This document shows positions 8,669 through 15,741 of a DNA stretch of 38,626 nt, piece by piece. The notes beneath the pieces were generated by a model that saw nothing but the letters and a program-made list of their open reading frames with translations, was not told where the DNA came from and made no database searches. The position numbers were made by a program, and so were the translations under genes. How positions within the stretch are numbered: position 1 is the stretch's first letter; every line of letters starts with the position of its first letter. Origin of the DNA: an uncultured bacterium (lineage in GTDB: Bacteria; Cyanobacteriota; Vampirovibrionia; Gastranaerophilales; Gastranaerophilaceae); the NCBI GenBank assembly GCA_902772945.1, contig CACYCU010000023.1, positions 1 through 38,626 of the forward strand, read 5' to 3'.

Positions 8669-9103
8669 CTACACCTCACTTTCCGCTTTGGTTATAAAGT
8701 TTAAAATCTGTTCAAAATTTGTTGCAAGTTGTTTTATGGTTTTATAACTTACTATTGTACCTTCTCCAAAATAAAATTGATTTTCTTCCGCAATCTTTTT
8801 TATCTCTTGCAAGGTCTTTTGTAAGTTTTCTGCTTTTTCTCGCCACATATCTTTATTTTTATCTGCTCTAAAAAACTCTTTTCTTACAGTTTCATTTGCA
8901 GATGCCAAGTCTGTACCAAGCATTGATAAAGACTGATTTACTTCTTTCAGTAGGTCATTCTCGGCTTTGAGTTCTTTCAACTTTGCACTATACAACTCAC
9001 AACAAGCATCAAGCATCTCATACTCATGTTTCCATTGAACAACCTCTTTTGTGAGCCGCTCATTCTCTGACTCAAGTTTGTTTATCTGTTCTACACTTAA
9101 CAT
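8669..9103 (-). CDS. Coiled-coil hypothetical protein
   Basis: GGGAG RBS; heptad pattern. Confidence 0.7.
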   Translation of the reverse strand: MLSVEQINKLESENERLTKEVVQWKHEYEMLDACCELYSAKLKELKAENDLLKEVNQSLSMLGTDLASANETVRKEFFRADKNKDMWREKAENLQKTLQEIKKIAEENQFYFGEGTIVSYKTIKQLATNFEQILNFITKAESEV

Positions 9104-9116
9104 TGTTCAATTCTCC

Positions 9117-9197
9117 CTAAAGTCCGTCATTAAAGCCACGAATATAACCGCTCAAATAACCTATTAAAAAAGTTAATATAAATCCTATTATTATCAT
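9117..9197 (-). CDS. 26-aa hydrophobic peptide (MIIIGFILTFLIGYLSGYIRGFNDGL); not in the track
   Basis: GAGGAG RBS; ATGA overlap with the upstream ORF. Confidence 0.65.
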   Translation of the reverse strand: MIIIGFILTFLIGYLSGYIRGFNDGL

Positions 9198-9361
9198 TGT
9201 TTATTCTCCTCTATATTTCTGATGTCACAAGAAAATTTGTAATTAAAACAGTCAATGTGAAAGTCTTTGTATATGCATATTTTATCGTGGTGATAGTCTA
9301 TATGAAGATATTTGTCATTGATTTCCTGATGACAATGGTCACATATTCTTGTAAAACTCAT
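9194..9361 (-). CDS. 55-aa Cys/His-rich protein (MSFTRICDHCHQEI...FHIDCF); not in the track
   Basis: GAGGAG RBS; CxxC...HxxC putative zinc site; ATGA coupling at both ends. Confidence 0.7.
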   Translation of the reverse strand: MSFTRICDHCHQEINDKYLHIDYHHDKICIYKDFHIDCFNYKFSCDIRNIEENKQ

Positions 9362-9531
9362 TGTTTATTCTCCTCTTTTCTCAACCATAAATCCCAACCA
9401 TCTTTGCATTTGTAATCCTCTTTGCAATCAGGGGCATCACAAACAAAACAAGGTTTTTCGGCAATTTTTGTCAAAAGTTCCGACATCTCCTCAATACTCA
9501 TTGCCTTTATCTTTTCAAAATTTGTTGTCAT
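9358..9531 (-). CDS. 57-aa phage protein (MTTNFEKIKAMSIEEMSELL...CFVCDAPDC...C...WL); not in the track
   Basis: ATGA coupling; resembles a common small phage family with four Cys. Confidence 0.75.
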   Translation of the reverse strand: MTTNFEKIKAMSIEEMSELLTKIAEKPCFVCDAPDCKEDYKCKDGWDLWLRKEENKQ

Positions 9532-9725
9532 TCTTCCTCACTTTCCTTTAATGCTTTAGCTGCTATATTTGCGATTTGTTCAATAGTCGGATTGCGCACC
9601 CATGTTTTTGTTTCCTCGCAAGATACTTCCAAAATCTTTACAAAAGCAGCCTGCATCCTCTTGATAGTATCTTGAGAATACCAAACCTGCTCATTGCCGT
9701 AACAATCTTTTTTAACCCAAATCAT
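9528..9725 (-). CDS. Hypothetical protein
   Basis: Fits the overlapping-gene operon structure. Confidence 0.6.
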   Translation of the reverse strand: MIWVKKDCYGNEQVWYSQDTIKRMQAAFVKILEVSCEETKTWVRNPTIEQIANIAAKALKESEEE

Positions 9726-10047
9726 TTTGCATCCTGTTTCTCCAAGCGAAATACTCTTTTTCTTTTATTAAAATGCGATTGCCTCGCCTAGTTATGACAT
9801 CCGCAAAACCGTTCTCATCCTTCCGAAATACCAACATCCTCAATGCAGGCACACTCGGGTCAGGATGATAATCATTCCATCTTGTTAAAGGGATTTCCCT
9901 ATCCTGCTGCTCGGGTTCAGGGATAAGAAGTTTTTGCAAACCTAATATCTCAAGCAGCATAATTTCAAATTCTGCACCAAACTTCTTTTTGCCTGCTTTG
10001 ATTTTTTCCGATATTACATTCTCAATAGTTAGTTTATCTGTTTGCAT
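9712..10047 (-). CDS. Putative excisionase-like DNA-binding protein
   Basis: C-terminal IPLTRWNDYHPDPSVPALRMLVF...NGF...RRGNRILI...FAW resembles winged-helix Xis-like proteins. Confidence 0.55.
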   Translation of the reverse strand: MQTDKLTIENVISEKIKAGKKKFGAEFEIMLLEILGLQKLLIPEPEQQDREIPLTRWNDYHPDPSVPALRMLVFRKDENGFADVITRRGNRILIKEKEYFAWRNRMQNDLG

Positions 10048-10214
10048 CTCAATACTCCTGATATATCAACTCGCTGCTCAATAAAATGCTCATAATCTTT
10101 CAGATGCTTGATAATATCTCGCTCATCATCCGATGATAATCGCATCTTGTAACCGCCTGATTTGTCTTGCAGGCTTTTAATTTTTCTGATTAAATAGTCT
10201 AATCGTTGAGTCAT
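10029..10214 (-). CDS. Hypothetical protein
   Basis: AAGGAG RBS. Confidence 0.65.
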   Translation of the reverse strand: MTQRLDYLIRKIKSLQDKSGGYKMRLSSDDERDIIKHLKDYEHFIEQRVDISGVLRCKQIN

Positions 10215-10227
10215 CGTTGTTCTCCTT

Positions 10228-10422
10228 TCAGTTCGTTATGTTCAAACTGTCTTGTGTTTTCTGCAAAGAATTTATAAACTTGATATAAATTCTTTCTAAA
10301 TCTGACATACTGCATTCATCCGCTATTGCACATATTAAGTTCTGAATTGCAGCAGGTTTTTTCAAAATCTCATTTTGTATACTTGTTGCATATATCGCTC
10401 TTGGATTTGCTTGAACCGTCAT
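10228..10422 (-). CDS. Hypothetical protein
   Basis: GAGGT RBS; ATGA overlap with the methyltransferase stop. Confidence 0.65.
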   Translation of the reverse strand: MTVQANPRAIYATSIQNEILKKPAAIQNLICAIADECSMSDLERIYIKFINSLQKTQDSLNITN

Positions 10423-10973
10423 GTATCTACCTCAAATAATCTCTGCTGATTTTTGTCCTTGAAATCAGAAAAAATAATTTGTTCAGGAAGAAAATCACAA
10501 CAGAAATAATCGCTCATGAAATTTATCATCTTATCTTGAGGTTGGTTCTTAAACTCCATTCGTTTATCAAACATCAACAACTGTAATTTTCTGCCTGCTG
10601 ACCTGAATACTTTGACAGGAGTTGCATCATTAAGCCATAAAATATTCATCAACAATGCAAAAGGTTTTTTAAAACTCAAGGCTCTTTCAAATATCTGTGT
10701 TTTATTTGTAAACGGTGGATTGCTAATCAGAACATCCCACGCATCAGGTTCATATAAAAAGAAATTTTGACCGTAATCAATGTGAGAATATACGACATTA
10801 AATCCGTTCTCTTGAAAAACTTTGACAAATTCAGAGTCATCTTTATCAAAAGGACACCAAATGATTTTATCCCTGAATTGTTCAAGGTAAGGCAAGAGCG
10901 GTTCAACCGCATATCTTTTTGTATAGCATTCATCATTTTTGCCTTTTGATAGACGTATATGTTCGTTTGTCAT
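10419..10973 (-). CDS. Phage DNA amino-methyltransferase-like protein (probably N6-adenine)
   Basis: NDECYT...IWCPFD...GQNFF...DVLISNPPF; NPPF is the amino-MTase motif IV. Confidence 0.75.
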   Translation of the reverse strand: MTNEHIRLSKGKNDECYTKRYAVEPLLPYLEQFRDKIIWCPFDKDDSEFVKVFQENGFNVVYSHIDYGQNFFLYEPDAWDVLISNPPFTNKTQIFERALSFKKPFALLMNILWLNDATPVKVFRSAGRKLQLLMFDKRMEFKNQPQDKMINFMSDYFCCDFLPEQIIFSDFKDKNQQRLFEVDT

Positions 10974-11130
10974 TTTCTAATTCCTTTATCCGTTTGCGGA
11001 GTCTTATATTTTCCTGAAATAATGCCTCGGCTCGTTGCTGCATATCATTGAACCTGATGCACCATCTGTCAATTTTTTTGGTTAGAGCAACCCAACTTGT
11101 AATTATTTCAATTACTTCCTTGTCATTCAT
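10933..11130 (-). CDS. 65-aa coiled-coil hypothetical protein directly downstream of the ribozyme
   Basis: GAGGA RBS 7 nt upstream of ATG 11130. Confidence 0.65.
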   Translation of the reverse strand: MNDKEVIEIITSWVALTKKIDRWCIRFNDMQQRAEALFQENIRLRKRIKELENDKRTYTSIKRQK

Positions 11131-11135
11131 GGTTC

Positions 11136-11199
11136 ATTCCTCATCAGTATGGGTTCAACCCATAGACAGGCGGTGAGGGCAGACCGCCTGTTTCGGAAT
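11136..11199 (-). ncRNA. Type II hammerhead ribozyme
   Basis: Minus strand: AUUCC-GAAA-CAGGCGGU-cugcccuc-ACCGCCUG-UC-UAUGGG-uugaa-CCCAUA-CUGAUGA-GGAAU. All core nucleotides (CUGAUGA, GAAA, GUC triplet) and three perfect stems are present. Confidence 0.92.
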
Positions 11200-11204
11200 T
11201 AAGA

Positions 11205-11837
11205 CTATCCCTCTTCTCCATCTTCTTCTTGTCGCTCTTGAAGTTCTGTTTGCTTTTCTTGAAGTTTATCTAAAAACTCGGCAAGTTCAGCACTATCAAA
11301 AATATTTCCAATGAATGCGGTATTCTCTAAAATATTTCTGTTTTTCGGATATTGCAACAGTAATTCTTCATCAAATGCTGTACCGGTTATTGCATAATTT
11401 GCAGGATGCTCTTCACTCTCAATTATTAAAAGATAATCTCTTTTAGGTGTTTCAAATACATCGCCTGTATAAAGTTCTCTATCGTTGAATTGAATACCTG
11501 TTGCACATTTTTGGATATTCTCTTCCTGAAATAAACTCAACTGACATTTTGTCAATTCAATCCTTAATTCTGCAATACGATATTCGATGCGCTCTGCTCG
11601 GTTCTTTTGTTCGTTCAAATAGTTCTGAAAATTATGTATAATTTCTAAAGACTTTATGGAGTCTTTGCTTTCCTTATAGCTTTTAGCTTTGACCCTCGCA
11701 CAACATTTTTCAGTTAATTCATTGTATGCAAGTTCCAACCCTTCATGCTCTGATATTTCTGCAATCTTTTTTACGAGCGGCAATTCTGCCGTAAGTTTAT
11801 TTATTTCATTCACTATGTCAGATTTATTTAATGCCAT
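11205..11837 (-). CDS. Coiled-coil protein with a YopX-like C-terminal domain (likely start 11837)
   Basis: AAGGAG RBS before MALNK. TGIQFNDRELYTGDVF...FIGNIFDSAEL resembles the YopX consensus TG.KD..G.EIYEGDI...VIGNIYENPEL. Confidence 0.6.
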   Translation of the reverse strand: MALNKSDIVNEINKLTAELPLVKKIAEISEHEGLELAYNELTEKCCARVKAKSYKESKDSIKSLEIIHNFQNYLNEQKNRAERIEYRIAELRIELTKCQLSLFQEENIQKCATGIQFNDRELYTGDVFETPKRDYLLIIESEEHPANYAITGTAFDEELLLQYPKNRNILENTAFIGNIFDSAELAEFLDKLQEKQTELQERQEEDGEEG

Positions 11838-12075
11838 TGTTTTCTCCTTTCTCCAATTCGATTGGTTTAAATATTTCATACTCTTTACCTGTTGTCAGGA
11901 TTTTATATCTATATCCTCTATCCATCGTCTTGAATAATCCGTCTGCTCTCCATCCGCATTTTTGACAGGTGTATTTGCTTGGGTTCATATATCCGCAATT
12001 TGAACAGATGTAAAATCGACTTGGATATTTTTTAAAAAAATCTCTTTCAGAATTGAACTCATCCTGTTTGCACAT
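11824..12075 (-). CDS. Zinc-ribbon protein
   Basis: CSNCGY...CQKCGW. Confidence 0.7.
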   Translation of the reverse strand: MCKQDEFNSERDFFKKYPSRFYICSNCGYMNPSKYTCQKCGWRADGLFKTMDRGYRYKILTTGKEYEIFKPIELEKGENNGIK

Positions 12076-12370
12076 CCTCAACCTCTCGTGCTATACGTTT
12101 TTTAGGGTCATATAATAATTTGTAAACAAGAAAAACATCGTTAATTATTCTGCCTGTTAATGTAACCGCATCACCAACAGTAAAAGATGTGCGGCTATCT
12201 GAAAACTCCCAATATACACACCGCCTCGGTGTGCCTGTTGGACTCTCACAATCAAAGACTGATTTGCATTTTCCATCAGGATATTTGATAACATCCAATG
12301 TCAAGACTTTGGTTGATACAGATATGATTTTGTATTTTGGTTCTTTTGGTATAAATTTTTTTCTTGCCAT
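12059..12370 (-). CDS. Hypothetical protein, possibly OB-fold (SSB-like)
   Basis: Beta-rich; RCVYW...FTVGDAVTLTGRI resembles OB-fold strands. Confidence 0.5.
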   Translation of the reverse strand: MARKKFIPKEPKYKIISVSTKVLTLDVIKYPDGKCKSVFDCESPTGTPRRCVYWEFSDSRTSFTVGDAVTLTGRIINDVFLVYKLLYDPKKRIAREVEDVQTG

Positions 12371-12372
12371 AG

Positions 12373-12852
12373 TTAAGCCACCTCACTCTCATAGATGTCA
12401 TCGAAACAAGATAAGTCCTCATCAGAAATAAGAAAATCATCGGGCAGCTTTGTAGTTGGGAAGTTCCTGCCCGATATAGAATTATTCAGAAGTGATGGGG
12501 TATATAATCTTTCAACCTTTGAATTGATATCAAACAATATTAAATCAGGATGTATGCCATAAACACTTTCAAACTCTTTTTTTGTTAATCTGTTGATAGG
12601 ATTTTCAAGATGATAGTGCATAATTCTTGGCAATAATATCAACGCATTTTCAATGATAATCGCTCTCACATTTTTGGTGTTCAATTCCCAATCGGTATAT
12701 GGCACAACATGATGCAATTCACATTCATAGTGATTGTAATCATCAAGAGATTGTATCCATGGTGCAGGGAATATCGCACAAGCAGATTTGTCAAAATAAA
12801 AAATCCTGCCTTGATATTTCTTTATCTCTTTTGCCATATCTTTTTTAAGCAT
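12373..12852 (-). CDS. HNH-like protein (likely start 12852)
   Basis: ELHHVVP...NALILLPRIMHYHLE; GAGG RBS; overlaps the initiator stop. Confidence 0.5.
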   Translation of the reverse strand: MLKKDMAKEIKKYQGRIFYFDKSACAIFPAPWIQSLDDYNHYECELHHVVPYTDWELNTKNVRAIIIENALILLPRIMHYHLENPINRLTKKEFESVYGIHPDLILFDINSKVERLYTPSLLNNSISGRNFPTTKLPDDFLISDEDLSCFDDIYESEVA

Positions 12853-13696
12853 ATTGCAACCTCTCTTTTTTCTTTTTGAGTAACTCGGGAATTGGCAAGT
12901 CAAATTTTTCAACCAATACTGTATAAGCAGGATTGATAATCAATTTATTTTTTGCCTCAAAATATGTTGAGTTGTTTAATACCAATTCAACGGCATCAGC
13001 CTTGGAAGATATTGCATCAAAATTTATTTGAGTATTTTCTTCAAGTCCTCTTGGTTGATTTTTTTTCTGCTCTTTTTTCTCAAGCCATTGTTTATGCGCT
13101 TGCCAATTCTTTAACTCACCCAAACCGCCATTAAGCATTTTGGTTAAATTATTGCCCTGCAATAACCAATTTATTGAACCGATAAAATCAGGATTATTAT
13201 CAAATTTTAATTTTTGAGTGGTGTATAAAATATCACATAACCTGTCTTTTAAGTTCGGGAATTTGTCAGCATATTTCAGAAAAATCTTGACTTCATCATC
13301 TGTCAGACAAGGCTCTTGACCAAAAACCTCAATGTGTGCAGACTTTAATGCTGATAATGCCCATCTCGCCTGAATTGCTGCCGATGCTTTTTTTGATTTT
13401 TCTGTTTGCTTGTTGATGTTGCGGAGTATTCTGTCAGAAATATATTCACCATTCTCAATTCTGAACAGTTCAAAATCATTGAGTATGTGAGCAACCTTAT
13501 CTGCAAAATTTTTACCTGCAATCAATCTCTCTTCACCGACTCTCAATTTGTTACGGTGCAGAAATTCAACAATCGCCCAAAACAGACCATAACCCTCATA
13601 ACCCATATCATCAAGCAACAATATAATATCTCTGTCCTGACGAGATGCGATATCATGAGAAAAATACGGCTCAACTATTTCAGATACTTTTGCCAT
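12845..13696 (-). CDS. Replication initiator with a DUF4373 (Lin1244/Lin1753-like) N-terminal domain
   Basis: YFSHD...GYEGYGLFWAIVEFL...SDRILRNI...KSKKASAAIQARW; C-terminal INWLL..NNLTKML.G motif seen in phage initiators. Confidence 0.75.
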   Translation of the reverse strand: MAKVSEIVEPYFSHDIASRQDRDIILLLDDMGYEGYGLFWAIVEFLHRNKLRVGEERLIAGKNFADKVAHILNDFELFRIENGEYISDRILRNINKQTEKSKKASAAIQARWALSALKSAHIEVFGQEPCLTDDEVKIFLKYADKFPNLKDRLCDILYTTQKLKFDNNPDFIGSINWLLQGNNLTKMLNGGLGELKNWQAHKQWLEKKEQKKNQPRGLEENTQINFDAISSKADAVELVLNNSTYFEAKNKLIINPAYTVLVEKFDLPIPELLKKKKERLQYA

Positions 13697-13992
13697 TAGA
13701 GTGCAATTCTCCTTTTGTTCCTGTTGTAATACTGTTCAAGCTGATTGTTACGCTCTAATTTTTCAACCTCGTTGATTGCTGCATTCAATGGAAACAACCC
13801 GACTTCACCTGTCGTGAGTTGATAGTCTGCAAATTTAAGAGTCAAGTATTTGATAACCTGTTCCCTTTTTTCCTCATAGGTCGTAACAAAAGGCAATTTG
13901 CGTGGTGTTGTAAACCATCTCCAAAAACGGTCAACAAAATTCTCATCTGTTTGACTGTTTGAAACAATAAGTCTTAAATGATTTTTTCTCAT
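13696..13992 (-). CDS. Hypothetical protein
   Basis: GAGGA RBS; TAATG overlap with the initiator start. Confidence 0.7.
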   Translation of the reverse strand: MRKNHLRLIVSNSQTDENFVDRFWRWFTTPRKLPFVTTYEEKREQVIKYLTLKFADYQLTTGEVGLFPLNAAINEVEKLERNNQLEQYYNRNKRRIAL

Positions 13993-14017
13993 TGCTTTTT
14001 CCTCTCTTCTTCAAAAT

Positions 14018-14185
14018 CTAAATAACAAAACCTTTTTTGCGTAAGTATTCATTGAATGCGGTTCTAACATGTTCTGACAGACTGCCGCCCTCTTTTGTTT
14101 CAAGTTCGTCATAACAGTCAAGTTGAAATTCTGTAAAACCGATTGACCTTAAAATCTTCCGCTCTCTTGTTTTCGTTTCAGCCAT
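14018..14185 (-). CDS. 55-aa ribbon-helix-helix (CopG/Arc-like) regulator in the cro position; not in the track
   Basis: MAETKTRERKILRSIGFTEFQLDCYDELETKEGGSLSEHVRTAFNEYLRKKGFVI; AGGAG RBS; strand-helix-G-S-S-helix pattern. Confidence 0.72.
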   Translation of the reverse strand: MAETKTRERKILRSIGFTEFQLDCYDELETKEGGSLSEHVRTAFNEYLRKKGFVI

Positions 14186-14272
14186 CAATTCTAATCTCCT
14201 TTTTTAAGCAAATTAAACTACACGAAGTAAACGGCAAATTTTGTCGTTTTCGTGTTTTTGTGATATATATAA

Positions 14273-14293
14273 TTTGTTAGTTAAACTAACAAA
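14273..14293. promoter_or_regulatory. Candidate operator (perfect 10-bp inverted repeat)
   Basis: TTTGTTAGTT-A-AACTAACAAA, just downstream of the leftward promoter, with an extra overlapping half-site at 14292-14301. Confidence 0.6.
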
Positions 14294-14305
14294 CTAACAA
14301 AATGA

Positions 14306-14350
14306 ATTGTATAATAATAATTTGACTATGTCAAATAATAATTATACAAA
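14306..14350. promoter_or_regulatory. Overlapping divergent promoters within a 43-bp palindrome
   Basis: Leftward: TTGACA (14334-14329), N17, TACAAT (14311-14306). Rightward: TTGACT (14322-14327), N17, TACAAA (14345-14350). Confidence 0.65.
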
Positions 14351-14428
14351 TACATCAAATGGTGTAGAAAATCTTAATGTATATAAGGTTTTTAACGGTT
14401 TACAATTCTTAACAAAACGGATGCAAAA

Positions 14429-14722
14429 ATGGAAACTCAAGGAATGAGAATTAAAAAAATCAGACAGGCTCTCGGCTTATCGCAAGATAAGTTTGGAGAG
14501 ATTTTTGAGATTTCAAAACAGTTTGTATCACTATTAGAAAAAGACCGCACTTTTTTGAACAATGACAAATTAGTCAAATTATTACTTGACTACAATGTAA
14601 ATATGAATTATCTGCTTGGTGGTATCGGTGAGATGTTCAATGCGCCAAAATTTGAGCAGGTTGAAGGCAATCTGACTCAAATGGTAGAAGATATTTTGAG
14701 AAAAAATAATCTTATAAAGTGA
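14429..14722 (+). CDS. XRE-family HTH repressor (CI-like, no S24 peptidase domain)
   Basis: RIKKIRQALGLSQDKFGEIFEISKQFVSLLEKD...NMNYLLGGIGEMF; transcribed divergently from the early operon. Confidence 0.85.
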   Translation: METQGMRIKKIRQALGLSQDKFGEIFEISKQFVSLLEKDRTFLNNDKLVKLLLDYNVNMNYLLGGIGEMFNAPKFEQVEGNLTQMVEDILRKNNLIK

Positions 14723-14819
14723 TATGCTTGATGAGTTTGTTAAATATATAAAGAGCATCAGTCTTTTTATAAACAACTAACAAAGCATATAAAATTTTTA
14801 CAAGTTCTTGTATAGTCAT
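14712..14819 (-). CDS. 35-aa hydrophobic/amphipathic peptide (MTIQELVKILYALLVVYKKTDALYIFNKLIKHITL); not in the track
   Basis: AAGGAG at 14830-14825 before ATG 14819. Confidence 0.5.
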   Translation of the reverse strand: MTIQELVKILYALLVVYKKTDALYIFNKLIKHITL

Positions 14820-14905
14820 CGGCACTCCTTTCATGAACATGTAAAGTAACGGAGTCACAAAAAAATCTTAAAAATAAATCAAGAAGTAAAATATAAGGAG
14901 AAAAT

Positions 14906-15196
14906 ATGAAAAGAATATTTGCATCTATTGTATTATTTTCTATCGGTCAGATGTGTTTTGCTGAATATCCGATATACAAAGAGTCAGGCGGTTTGTATAT
15001 TCAAAACGGCAACACAACGATTGCACCTAATGGAGATATGCACTTTACTTATGGTAATACAACAATTACACCTGATAAAACATATTATAATTATGGTAAT
15101 ACTTCTTTTGGTTCTGATGGCTCTATGCAAATCAGAGATAAAGATTTTATCTATGAGTATAATGATAATAATTTAAGACCTTATTATCAAAGATAA
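14906..15196 (+). CDS. Secreted small protein with repeated (Y/N)GNT beta-hairpin motifs (accessory gene)
   Basis: AAGGAG RBS; signal peptide MKRIFASIVLFSIGQMCFA; NGNTT, YGNTT and YGNTS repeats. Confidence 0.75.
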   Translation: MKRIFASIVLFSIGQMCFAEYPIYKESGGLYIQNGNTTIAPNGDMHFTYGNTTITPDKTYYNYGNTSFGSDGSMQIRDKDFIYEYNDNNLRPYYQR

Positions 15197-15217
15197 TACA
15201 CTCGTATAATTATTTTT

Positions 15218-15378
15218 ATACGAACGTAATACGAACGTATAAAATAAAAAATACGAACGTAATACGAACGTATTACACAACGTAATACGACAATATTTTT
15301 TTTGTAATACTATAAAATAAAATTAAATAAAATAAAATTAAATAAAATAAAATAATAAAAATAATAAATTATTTTTAT
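15218..15378. repeat. Probable replication origin: 11-bp iterons plus an AT-only unwinding tract
   Basis: ATACGAACGTA at 15218, 15229, 15251 and 15262, two degenerate copies to 15291, then an A/T-only tract at 15311-15380 with TAAAA repeats. Confidence 0.75.
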
Positions 15379-15417
15379 AACAGCAAACAAACAAAAAACT
15401 TTATTAAACTTCTTTTT

Positions 15418-15450
15418 AAGCGATAATCATGAGATTGTCGCTTTTTATTT
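15418..15450 (+). terminator. Rho-independent terminator
   Basis: AAGCGATAATC-ATGA-GATTGTCGCTT followed by TTTATTT. Confidence 0.75.
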
Positions 15451-15741
15451 TGCTCATAAAACAATGTCAATTAAAAAATGATAATTGTAAACAAATGTAA
15501 ATATGAATTTTTATCAATAATGATAAGGATTTGAAACAAAATTTTAAAAAATTAGTTAGTTAGTTAAACTGTATTTTTTATTTAAAAAAGTTTTAAACTG
15601 CAAAATGTGAAATTCAGAAAAAATTTTTCTGACTGTTCACAATCGTAGATAGGTGAAATAGAATTGGAAACTCATCACTCCCTATCGGTGTAAAGAGGTT
15701 AATAGTGCGCTTTTAGCATTATAAAGAAGGAAGAGAGAACA

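Noticed and set aside
15218..15291. CRISPR array
   Set aside because: The repeats are 11 bp and mostly abut each other without unique spacers, and there are no cas genes.
15645..15690. Second hammerhead (minus strand GTGATGAG...)
   Set aside because: It lacks C3 of CUGAUGA and has no correctly placed GAAA or stems on the same strand.
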